Part shown: positions 38,413 to 46,456 of the stretch, in pieces
How the letters are laid out: each line of letters begins with the position of its first letter
How positions within the stretch are numbered: the first letter of the stretch is position 1
DNA from: Longimicrobiales bacterium
GTDB taxonomy: Bacteria; Gemmatimonadota; Gemmatimonadetes; Longimicrobiales; Gaopeijiaceae
NCBI GenBank assembly: GCA_965116905.1
Contig: OZ220732.1
Span: 2,496,001-2,560,000, forward strand
Direction of reading: 5' to 3'
Length of the DNA: 64,000 nt
The notes under the pieces: model-generated
The model's input: only the letters and a program-made list of their open reading frames with translations
What the model was told of the DNA's origin: nothing
Database searches by the model: none
Translations under genes and position numbers: made by a program

Positions 38413-41400
38413 CCTGACCCTCCAATCTGAACCACCCCAGCACCTACGAGTTGAGGTTCCATGCTGATTCTCCTGTCTCCCTCGAGTTCACTTCGACGAG
38501 CCTCATACTCCTGCTTCATGTTTCGAATCTGACCGCGGTAGAGGCGAATAATCCTCCGATCCCGCCCCGTCGATTCCGCTTTCGCAAGCCGCTCCTGAAC
38601 CCTCCGCCGGTGGGTACGGTACCGTTTCTCAAGACTGGCGAGGCGCGTCTGTACGATCGCGTGGTTACGGTCTTCGGCGCGCTGCCGAATACCCGCAACG
38701 CGATCCTCAAACGCGTCGTAGCCATGTTCCAGCGCATCGTCGAGACTCCGTGAATCCGAAGGCTCCCGGCGGCCGGTCGTTCGTCCGTCTCGAATAAGCT
38801 CCCCAAGAAGCAGTGAGCAGGCCCTTTCGTCCGGCACCGAGAATCCGTCAGAGCGGGACGACAGCCCAACGAAGATGGCGTCCAGTCGCTTGCGCTCGGC
38901 TCCCGCCTCGATGCGTACGGCGAACAATAGAAAGAGATATGCACCGGCAGCGGCGATCTGTGATTGGTGGAGTCGGAGCCGCGATACCGAGTGGAGTTGG
39001 TCACGGTTGTCGCGATAATACTGAACCGCCAACTGTACCACGGGATGGTGGGCGGCGAGAAACTCAGTATCGGGATGGTCGAAGGCGACTTGGGAATCGA
39101 ACGTAACCGGAACACGTCTGGACAGCGATTTCTGAAGGAATCGCTGCCGTGCAGCGCTGGGCGGCAACTGCCGCGTGGCCATGTCGAACTCGTGGCTAAC
39201 ACGAAGGGTACGTACACCCTTGCGCCGAGCGGAGCCCAGTTCTACTTGAGGGTGTGCCCGTTCCAGGAAGCCCAATACGAAGGCCTCGCGATCGGACGCA
39301 CCGAGAAGTTCACCGCCACGCATGATCCGGTTCAACTGGTCCTCGAAGTAGCCGTCTCCGCTGACAAGTCTGTCGGCTTCAGCCTCCAGCTTCTCGAGTT
39401 CGCGGCGCCGGTTTTCGATTGCGCGAGCGCTTTGTTCGATTCGTTTGCTCTCTTCCTCGGGCGTAAGACGGCTTGAAAGCAGCTGCCGTGTGAGGCGTCC
39501 GATCTCTTCGCCGACAATAGCCTCAAGATCGCCAAGTGTTCGCTCAAAGATGCCGATCCGGCGGTAGAGGCGATTGAGGACCCGATCCTCGATCGTGTCT
39601 TCGAGAGTAAAGTTAAAGATCAGGATTCGATCAGACTCCTGGCCTAGGCGGTCGACACGTCCGATCCTCTGTTCGACTCGCATCGGGTTCCAGGGCAGGT
39701 CATAGTTGATAATGATGTGGCAGAACTGAAAATCGAGGCCCTCACTGCCCACTTCGGAGGAGAGCAGGAGCCGGACATCCGGATCCTCACGGAATCGTCT
39801 CATCCGCTTTCCACGGTCGTCGCGGTCTGGGCGGCGAGGATCACTCTTGATGCCGCCGTGAATCAACTCACACGGTATTCCGTCCCGGTCTAGGCGATCC
39901 TTCAGGTAGTGCAGGGTGGCCTTGTAGTAGGCAAAAAGAATAATCTTCCTGCCAGGTTCCTCGTCATCGAGGCGCACGAGTATGCGGAGAAGCTGATCGT
40001 ATTTCGTGTCTGTATCTCCTAGGCCACGCGCGGCGTCTACCACCCTTTGACTAATCTTGATTGCAACGGATTTGGGAATCTCTTCAAGGTCGTGGACCTC
40101 GGCGTCAACCTCGTCTTCGAGCTTCCATGTCGCCCGTCCTATGAACCGGTCCCGGGCTGCCGGCATGCAGGATGCCGCTTGCCGCTGCGCTGCCATTATT
40201 GCGAAATATTTGATCGCTCCTGTGTCGTTGGGTGCGTTGTCGCGGACGAATTCTGTTACAGCATCGTAGAATTCACCCTCCGCTGGAGTCAGCGCAACAG
40301 AGACAACGCTCGGGGTTCGCATGGTTGCGTCGGCGAAGACGTCGCGTTTCTTTGTGCGGGAAAAGACATGGCTGAGAAGACTCAACTCCTCCAGATCGTG
40401 CTGCAGGTCCGCAGCCCATGCGTGTCCGCTGTCGTTGACGAACTCGGGAGGCTTGTCCAGTTCCCGCTGGACTCGCTCGTAGATCGGATTACCACCGAAG
40501 AAGCTCAGTCGCCCCCCCATCCCGAGCCTCTCGATGCGGTTCCGAATCTCATCGATGGGTGGTGGGATGGCGCGGGCCAGGCGCTGTGCCTCCACGACCG
40601 GTTCATTCGCGCGAAGACGGTCCTCGAAGATCTCGAAGTCATCGAACTCGGAGTCATCGAGTAGCCGGAAGAGGTTGAACAGGTTCTCCTCGCCGAGCTG
40701 GATGGGTGTGGCTGTTAGAAGGAGCACAGCGTGAGCGTTCTGGGCCAGAGCCCGAATGGTCCGGTGGCTCAGGGTCTGCCGATTGCGAAGATGGTGGGCC
40801 TCGTCGACGATCAGAAGGTCGAGTGGAGGAGGGGTCACATTCATGAGGTCAAGGTGGGCCTCATTGCGTACGGCCTGGAGCGAGATGATGTCCCGCGCCT
40901 CGCTGAGGTCCCCCTGTTGGGCTAGTCGCTGAAGCTGTTCCCTGAACTCCGGTGCCCCGATGATGCTGAATTCCTCGTCGAACCTATGCCACATCTCCTC
41001 GCGCCACTTCAAGCACAGCGCCGCAGGGCATACGATGAGCACGCGCCGCAGGGCTCGACGAGCCCGTTGCTCGATCAGCACCAAGCCTGCTTCGATCGTC
41101 TTACCCAAGCCCACTTCGTCGGCAATGAGAAGGCGCTGGTCGGGAGAGTCAAGGAACTTGAGGAGAGGCTTGTACTGGTGCGGATAGAAGGCAGTGCGCG
41201 ACCCCTGCAAGGAGTACAAGGTGTTGTCGAGTGGTGTGTCAAGCTTGTGGAAGGTGACAAGGCGTAGGAAGTCGTCCTTGTCACCAAAAGCGCCCCTGAG
41301 GAGGAGTTGGTCTGGTGATACGTCGGCCTTGAACCGAGTGAGATCCGCTTCGTGCACGACGATCAATCCGCCGGCGTGGAGCCGGATGCGATACCAGTAG

Positions 41401-41513
41401 GCACCGTTGCGCAGCTTAGGCGCGCGTATGACCTCTCCCACCTTGGAGCGGTCGCTCCGTAGCTGAACGCGATCGTCCGTTTCGAAGATGGGTCGTGGGA
41501 TTAGCGAGTCCAT
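38409..41513 (-). CDS. SNF2-family ATPase/helicase (RapA/DrmD-like)
   Basis: LIADEVGLGKTIE, VDEAHHLRN, LTATPIQ, EGLDFQ, NYDLPWNPMRVEQRIGRVDRLGQ; C-terminal coiled coil. Confidence 0.93.
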   Translation of the reverse strand: MDSLIPRPIFETDDRVQLRSDRSKVGEVIRAPKLRNGAYWYRIRLHAGGLIVVHEADLTRFKADVSPDQLLLRGAFGDKDDFLRLVTFHKLDTPLDNTLYSLQGSRTAFYPHQYKPLLKFLDSPDQRLLIADEVGLGKTIEAGLVLIEQRARRALRRVLIVCPAALCLKWREEMWHRFDEEFSIIGAPEFREQLQRLAQQGDLSEARDIISLQAVRNEAHLDLMNVTPPPLDLLIVDEAHHLRNRQTLSHRTIRALAQNAHAVLLLTATPIQLGEENLFNLFRLLDDSEFDDFEIFEDRLRANEPVVEAQRLARAIPPPIDEIRNRIERLGMGGRLSFFGGNPIYERVQRELDKPPEFVNDSGHAWAADLQHDLEELSLLSHVFSRTKKRDVFADATMRTPSVVSVALTPAEGEFYDAVTEFVRDNAPNDTGAIKYFAIMAAQRQAASCMPAARDRFIGRATWKLEDEVDAEVHDLEEIPKSVAIKISQRVVDAARGLGDTDTKYDQLLRILVRLDDEEPGRKIILFAYYKATLHYLKDRLDRDGIPCELIHGGIKSDPRRPDRDDRGKRMRRFREDPDVRLLLSSEVGSEGLDFQFCHIIINYDLPWNPMRVEQRIGRVDRLGQESDRILIFNFTLEDTIEDRVLNRLYRRIGIFERTLGDLEAIVGEEIGRLTRQLLSSRLTPEEESKRIEQSARAIENRRRELEKLEAEADRLVSGDGYFEDQLNRIMRGGELLGASDREAFVLGFLERAHPQVELGSARRKGVRTLRVSHEFDMATRQLPPSAARQRFLQKSLSRRVPVTFDSQVAFDHPDTEFLAAHHPVVQLAVQYYRDNRDQLHSVSRLRLHQSQIAAAGAYLFLLFAVRIEAGAERKRLDAIFVGLSSRSDGFSVPDERACSLLLGELIRDGRTTGRREPSDSRSLDDALEHGYDAFEDRVAGIRQRAEDRNHAIVQTRLASLEKRYRTHRRRVQERLAKAESTGRDRRIIRLYRGQIRNMKQEYEARRSELEGDRRISMEPQLVGAGVVQIGGSG

Positions 41514-41552
41514 ATGCAATTGCAGGGCGGGTTCGTCAATGTGGATGAACGT

Positions 41553-42587
41553 CTAGGCCAGTTTTTCGAGGAGCTTCCGCAGTCTACCAATCTTGTTTCT
41601 GTTCTCCGGAGATAAGTCGTCGGGGCTGAAATGCATGATCTCGTTCCGCAAGTCCTTGACGTCGTGCAGCAACCTCACAAACACCCGCCGATCAATGGTC
41701 AGCTCGAGTCGCTGCCAATTCACATCCACCTCCACCAAGCGGACGATTTCACCAAAAGTCAAATCTGATGCCTCGTTGATCGTCCGTTCTTGATCGCGCG
41801 GATCCCTTGCTGCCGCAATCTCCTCCGTGGAGAACGCCTCATCGATGAGTAGGCGCAGTCGGTCCTCAATCTCTTGAAGTAGCAGAAAGGGAGCGGCCAA
41901 CTCATGGTACTTGAGACTGAGATCGCTGGTTGTCACGATACCCGTCAGTCGCTCGTCCCTGCCGACCACGAGCACCACCTCGTCGCGGACGATCTTCTCG
42001 ACGGCGTCGAGAAGAGGAGTATTGAGGCCAACCGTCGAGTAGTCTCTCTCAATGCAATCCCGTACAAACCGACAGTTGTCGTCTCCCTTCGTGGTTCTGG
42101 CGATGCCGATCGAACGCCAACTGATCATGCCGTCAATTCGACGCTTGTCTTGGGTGACCGGCAGCTGAGAGTAGTTGTGGATCATCATCTCGGTAACTGC
42201 GGCTGACAGGGTGCTATCCCGTGTCACGGTAACGACCCCGCTGGTTGCCGCAGGAAGCATGCCCACATACAACGCTGGATCTCTGGCTTCCGACTTGGTG
42301 GTACCATTGCCGGTTGGTTGATGGTCAGTCTTGCGAGAAGGGTCGTCATCATCTGTGCGTGTAGCAGACATGGGCAAGAATCGTACGAACGCGTCGATGT
42401 CGATAGTGGAGAAATCAGGATCGGTCGCGAGACGGAGTTCTTGAAGGGCGCTGCGGACGGTCCAGACCACCGAAGATCGGCGACGCTTATGTCCAAACCA
42501 GGACAGCAGAGTTCTTACCTTGGCCCGGCGGGGCTTCCCTGCATGGACTGACCGGGCCACGTCTCGCAGGGGATCGGGAGTTGACAC
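41553..42587 (-). CDS. CBS-pair protein with C-terminal HEPN-like domain
   Basis: CBS1 TLSAAVTEM..NYSQLPV..GMISW, CBS2 PLLDAV..VLVV..LTGIVTTSDL; EIEDRLR, LTFGE, RNEIMH (Rx4H); start GTG 42587 inferred. Confidence 0.8.
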   Translation of the reverse strand: MSTPDPLRDVARSVHAGKPRRAKVRTLLSWFGHKRRRSSVVWTVRSALQELRLATDPDFSTIDIDAFVRFLPMSATRTDDDDPSRKTDHQPTGNGTTKSEARDPALYVGMLPAATSGVVTVTRDSTLSAAVTEMMIHNYSQLPVTQDKRRIDGMISWRSIGIARTTKGDDNCRFVRDCIERDYSTVGLNTPLLDAVEKIVRDEVVLVVGRDERLTGIVTTSDLSLKYHELAAPFLLLQEIEDRLRLLIDEAFSTEEIAAARDPRDQERTINEASDLTFGEIVRLVEVDVNWQRLELTIDRRVFVRLLHDVKDLRNEIMHFSPDDLSPENRNKIGRLRKLLEKLA

Positions 42588-42688
42588 TGGCGGTTGACAA
42601 GGTGGAGGGAATCCGTCACTGAGAGACTGAGGGTATGGGAAATGGTCACATTCGGCAACGGACAGGTCCGGTGACCCGTGGTTGCTCC

Positions 42689-43618
42689 TCACCCCCGAAA
42701 CACCTCCACCCTGTGCCACGCCACCATCCCCCGATCCGGCGCGTCCTTCGCCCTCACCGGCGCCCGAATCGCCCTCCCCCTCAACCCCACCAACCGCCTA
42801 GCAGCCCGACTCCTCCCTCGCACCCCGCCAGACACCAGAATCCGAAACCCACCCCCCTTCCCCTCCAGCCCCATCGCCCCAAGGTCCAGCGCCTTGTGAT
42901 GCACGGAGCACAGCGCCAAGCCGTTGGGAACCACGTCCCGCCCATCGTGAGAATGCCACCGGATGTGCGCGGCCTCCAGCCCTAGCAAGCGGTCGCCAAA
43001 GCGGATGTCGTACTCGCACACGGCGCATCGTTCGTCGTACGCCTCAAGGACCGCCCTGCGGAAACGGGGATCCCGCGGCGTGTACTCCCTGACCTTCCTG
43101 CCCCTTCTGGGCATGGGTTCGTCGAGTCCGTCGGAGGAAGGCCCCGCCGCCAGTCGCACGGCGTCCAGGATGTCCTGATGGATCGATAGCGGAAAGTGTT
43201 CGGACAGGATCTGGTGCGCAGCGCGCGACACGAGTTCCGGGTGGTGCCACAGCAGGTCGTGGACATCCTGCCGGAATCCGCCCGTGATCCCGAGGCGCCT
43301 TGCTTCGCTGACGCGGATGTCTGCCGCCCGTCCCGTGGACAGTTGTGATTCCTCTGGTATCTCCCACAGGCGATCGTCGTTTCGCAATCTGCCAAACGGG
43401 TAGTGGACGCGGGGCGGCGTATCCGGTCGCCCGAACTCCTCCCACAGGGCCTTGAACCGCTCGTCCGCGGTCTCATATGGGATCAGCCGACCCTCCGGCC
43501 CCAAGCCGACACGGCCGAGCGCCAACAGCAGCATCAGCGGCTTGTGAGGTGCCCGACCGCCATGGCTTCGATCGATCCTGACGCCAGCCAACCGCGCAAG
43601 GAATTGTTCGGGAGTCAC
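42689..43618 (-). CDS. SBD-HNH, putative phosphorothioate-dependent restriction endonuclease
   Basis: RAPHKPLMLLLAL, YPFGRLRND..WE (sulfur-binding-domain pattern); RDPRFR..AYDERCAVC, LEAAHI, NGLALCSVHHKALD. Confidence 0.85.
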   Translation of the reverse strand: MTPEQFLARLAGVRIDRSHGGRAPHKPLMLLLALGRVGLGPEGRLIPYETADERFKALWEEFGRPDTPPRVHYPFGRLRNDDRLWEIPEESQLSTGRAADIRVSEARRLGITGGFRQDVHDLLWHHPELVSRAAHQILSEHFPLSIHQDILDAVRLAAGPSSDGLDEPMPRRGRKVREYTPRDPRFRRAVLEAYDERCAVCEYDIRFGDRLLGLEAAHIRWHSHDGRDVVPNGLALCSVHHKALDLGAMGLEGKGGGFRILVSGGVRGRSRAARRLVGLRGRAIRAPVRAKDAPDRGMVAWHRVEVFRG

Positions 43619-43688
43619 TTGTCTTCGTGGCAGGGCATCGGCTCAAGGGGCCACGGTATAGTCTAACGCGGACACCAATCAAGCCAGC

Positions 43689-43729
43689 ATTGTAAACTTT
43701 AGTTGTCATTATGTCAATCGAAGTTGACA
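43689..43729 (-). promoter_or_regulatory. Near-consensus sigma-70 promoter for the leftward defence run, with a palindrome on -35
   Basis: Minus strand TTGACA(43717-43712)-N17-TACAAT(43694-43689); TGTCAA-N6-TTGACA at 43712-43729. Confidence 0.8.
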
Positions 43730-43758
43730 CAGACAGCCGCCGACCTCCCATCCAGCTA

Positions 43759-43792
43759 TTGACTCGCTCGTGACATATGTGTACTATGTACA
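43759..43792 (+). promoter_or_regulatory. Sigma-70 promoter and operator for the XRE gene
   Basis: TTGACT-N17-TACTAT; TGTAC-TAT-GTACA overlapping -10; ACATATGT in the spacer. Confidence 0.75.
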
Positions 43793-43826
43793 ACACACTA
43801 CCCACACAATCCACCCATCCCAACCC

Positions 43827-44180
43827 ATGACCCACTTCGGCCCCACCGTCCGCCAGATCCGCGAGACCCTTCGCGCATCCGACCGCCGCTTCTCCCTGCG
43901 GCAGGTCGCCCACCGCGTTGGAGTGGAGCCCGCGTACCTGAGCAAGATCGAACGCGGCGTCGCTGCTCCGCCCTCGGAGGCCACGACCGTGCGCCTGGCG
44001 AAGGAGCTGGACGAGGATCCGGACGTGTTTCTGGCCCTTGCCGGAAAGGTCTCGAGCGACCTGCAGGAGATCATTCGGAAGAGACCGCAGCTCTTCGCGC
44101 AGCTCATCCGGGAGCTGAAGGAGGCGCCCGACGAAGCCGTGTTCCGGGTCGTGCGGGTCGTGCGGGAGGGAGATTGGTAA
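43827..44180 (+). CDS. XRE-family HTH regulator
   Basis: FG..VRQIRE..SLRQVAHRVGVEPAYLSKIERG..PPSE. Confidence 0.9.
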   Translation: MTHFGPTVRQIRETLRASDRRFSLRQVAHRVGVEPAYLSKIERGVAAPPSEATTVRLAKELDEDPDVFLALAGKVSSDLQEIIRKRPQLFAQLIRELKEAPDEAVFRVVRVVREGDW

Positions 44181-44208
44181 GTCACTGAACAGAGGAGAAT
44201 CGCAGCCC

Positions 44209-45213
44209 ATGATCACGCTTGAGAGAGACCGGATGAGCTTCCGGTTCCCCGAAGTCCACCCCCAGGCCCGGTGCAGCGTCGAGTTCCAGCGCACCCTGCG
44301 GATTCCGGACGACGACCGGTCCTACCCGCTTCCTCCGGGACTCGGCTGCTTTCCACTCCGCCATGTCGACGACTTCGCGGACCGCCTCGCCGGGAAGACC
44401 TTGCACCGGGGTGGCGTGGTGATGCCCATGCATCAGGCCGAAGCCATGTGGCTGAACCTCGATCCCGGGTTTTCCGAATACCCCTGTGCGGTCAAGGTGG
44501 CTGCCGGGAAGGTGTGCGCGGTCAGCGGCGAGCCCTGGTCCGACGACCTCAACGCCAATCCGCAGAACTACCTGGTGGTCCCCGACCAGCCGTGGCTGGA
44601 TGGGTACTGCGTGGGAGAGGGCATCATCCGCCAGTTCGTCGCCATGCCGCTCGGCGAAGGATACACCGCGGAGGAGCAGCTGACCGGCGCCGCGGAGCAC
44701 GGCGGCCTGCAGATATCCGTCTGCCCCATGAAGCGCGAGGTGTACGAGAAGCTGTTCGGGGACCGGTTTCGGGCGATGGAGCACATGGTCTGCTACAGCC
44801 CGGCCCCAGCCCCTCACGAAATGGGCTTGGCCCCCGGTGGCCGGATGCGGCAGGAAATCTACGACGACGAATACGGCTTGGACGCGTGGGACGAGGAGCA
44901 CACGAGCCGTTGCTTCGTGACCATCGCCAACTCCAGGCAGTGGCTGGCGATCACCGGCGAGCACCCGCCCACAATCCCGCCGACGGCGCGCCACTACACC
45001 GACGCCGGACTACCCTGGTTCGACTATTACGATGGGGACCGGAAGGCGATATCGGGCTCGGAGTCGCTTGCGGGGCTGAAGAGTGTGGCTGAGACCGGGG
45101 TGGAGAAGGGTGAAGTGCCACTTCCGGAGAACGACCCGCTTGACGTGCCCGAGGTCCTGCGCATTGCGCCGGACAGAGAGCGCGTCGTCCGTGAGTATTC
45201 TGCCGAGGGTTGA
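44209..45213 (+). CDS. Conserved hypothetical protein (FQRTLRIPDD..LPPGLG family)
   Basis: GAGGAG RBS; motifs FQRTLRIPDD, EAMWL, QNYLVVP.QPWLDG, RQFVAMPLG.GYTAEEQLTG, MGLAPGG, GLPWF. Confidence 0.8.
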   Translation: MITLERDRMSFRFPEVHPQARCSVEFQRTLRIPDDDRSYPLPPGLGCFPLRHVDDFADRLAGKTLHRGGVVMPMHQAEAMWLNLDPGFSEYPCAVKVAAGKVCAVSGEPWSDDLNANPQNYLVVPDQPWLDGYCVGEGIIRQFVAMPLGEGYTAEEQLTGAAEHGGLQISVCPMKREVYEKLFGDRFRAMEHMVCYSPAPAPHEMGLAPGGRMRQEIYDDEYGLDAWDEEHTSRCFVTIANSRQWLAITGEHPPTIPPTARHYTDAGLPWFDYYDGDRKAISGSESLAGLKSVAETGVEKGEVPLPENDPLDVPEVLRIAPDRERVVREYSAEG

Positions 45214-45225
45214 GGTCGCGAGTCG

Positions 45226-45385
45226 TCAGCTCCCCTGCAGACGCGCCAGGAAGTCCTGAGGTGTGTCGCAATCGAGGATCGCCGCGGTCACCCAGGCGAC
45301 CCGATCCGGCCAGGGCTTCCCACGATCGACTGCTGCGCCTCCTCCGCGGTCCGCTGTCCGAACTTTAGCGCGATCTGCTTAATCG
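45226..45385 (-). pseudogene. Frameshifted Rpn C-terminal-like fragment, paralog of 46457-46702
   Basis: QIALKFGQRTAEEAQQ then, after a frameshift near 45311, PDRVAWVTAAILDCDTPQDFLARLQGS*. Confidence 0.75.
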
Positions 45386-45490
45386 GCCGAGCACATCGCG
45401 GGCGTAGGCCGGCGTGTGCCCCCTTGTCCCCGCCACCACCCGCTCGGCAACCTCCACCCCGACCCCGTCCCCCCACTGCAGGAGTTTCCC

Positions 45491-46174
45491 ATGCCCCCCA
45501 CCTCCCAACTCCCCGAGCGAGCCGAACGCACCGTCATCGCCGTCATCTGCCTGGACCTCGTCCTCCAGACCGCCGAGACCATCGACGCCCTGGCCGGCGC
45601 GGCGACATTCTTCTTCTTCGCCGGCGTCGCCGTCTGGCTCCTCTACACCATCGAATGGTGCGTCCGGATCCGCCGGGCCGAGGACTGGAAGAAGTACGCG
45701 TTCAGCTTCATGGGCGTCGTGGACTTCCTGGCGGTCCTGCCTCTGTGGGCGTTCACGGGATTCGATCTGAAGGCACTTCGGGCCTTTCGCCTGTTTCGCC
45801 TCTTTGTCTCGACGGCGAAGCTTGCCACCCGCACCAGCGCCGTGGTCAAGCTCGCGCGGGCGTTCCGGTTCGCCATGGACGAGGCCGGTGCGCTGTTCGC
45901 GGGCACGTGCATCGTCGTGATCACGGCCGGGTTCGGGATGTACCACCTTGAGCACGGCGTACAGCCGGAGGTCTTCGCCACCGTGTACGACGGCCTGTGG
46001 TGGGCGGTGGTCACCCTGACGACAGTGGGGTACGGCGACATCCAGCCCGTGACGGCCGGCGGGAGGATCCTGGCCACCGTGGCGATGTTCGCCGGGATCG
46101 GGGTGATCGGGGCGGCGTGCGGGATCATGGCGGATGCGCTGCGGGAGGCGAGTGCGGGGGAGGGGGTGGGGTAG
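45491..46174 (+). CDS. Potassium channel / ion transporter, voltage-gated type
   Basis: S4 LRAFRLFRLF, pore WWAVVTLTTVGYGD; AGGAG RBS. Confidence 0.92.
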   Translation: MPPTSQLPERAERTVIAVICLDLVLQTAETIDALAGAATFFFFAGVAVWLLYTIEWCVRIRRAEDWKKYAFSFMGVVDFLAVLPLWAFTGFDLKALRAFRLFRLFVSTAKLATRTSAVVKLARAFRFAMDEAGALFAGTCIVVITAGFGMYHLEHGVQPEVFATVYDGLWWAVVTLTTVGYGDIQPVTAGGRILATVAMFAGIGVIGAACGIMADALREASAGEGVG

Positions 46175-46179
46175 GGGGG
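46156..46179 (+). other. G-quadruplex-capable G-run cluster across the stop codon
   Basis: GGGGG-A-GGGGG-T-GGGG-TA-GGGGGG; the first 22 nt are identical to 17421-17442. Confidence 0.75.
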
Positions 46180-46262
46180 AACAGCGGCGGTCCGTTCCCG
46201 AAAACGCTAGGATTGAATCGTTCGTTGACGGCCCTGGATCCGGGTGACCCTGGAGGTGGACG

Positions 46263-46444
46263 ATGAAGTACCGGGTAGCGCTACAAGAGTCCGAAGAGGG
46301 GTTCTCCGTCTGGGTTCCAGGCCTTCCCGGTTGTGTGTCCCAGGGGGCAACGGAAGAGGAAGCAATGGCGAACATCGCCGATGCTACCTGGAGGTGGCGG
46401 TGGAGATTGCCAGATTCACGATGGGCCGTCTGGCCGGCGGTTGA
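46263..46444 (+). pseudogene. hicB: HicB-like antitoxin, frameshifted, no hicA
   Basis: MKYRVALQESEEGFSVWVPGLPGCVSQGATEEEAMANIADA; the expected YLEV continues in another frame from about 46386. Confidence 0.75.
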
Positions 46445-46456
46445 AGTCGCGAGGCG

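Noticed and set aside
38409..41513. DISARM, Zorya or housekeeping RapA assignment
   Set aside because: No drmABC/methylase or zorABC nearby. The island context and coupled ATPase argue against a core rapA, though that needs phylogeny.
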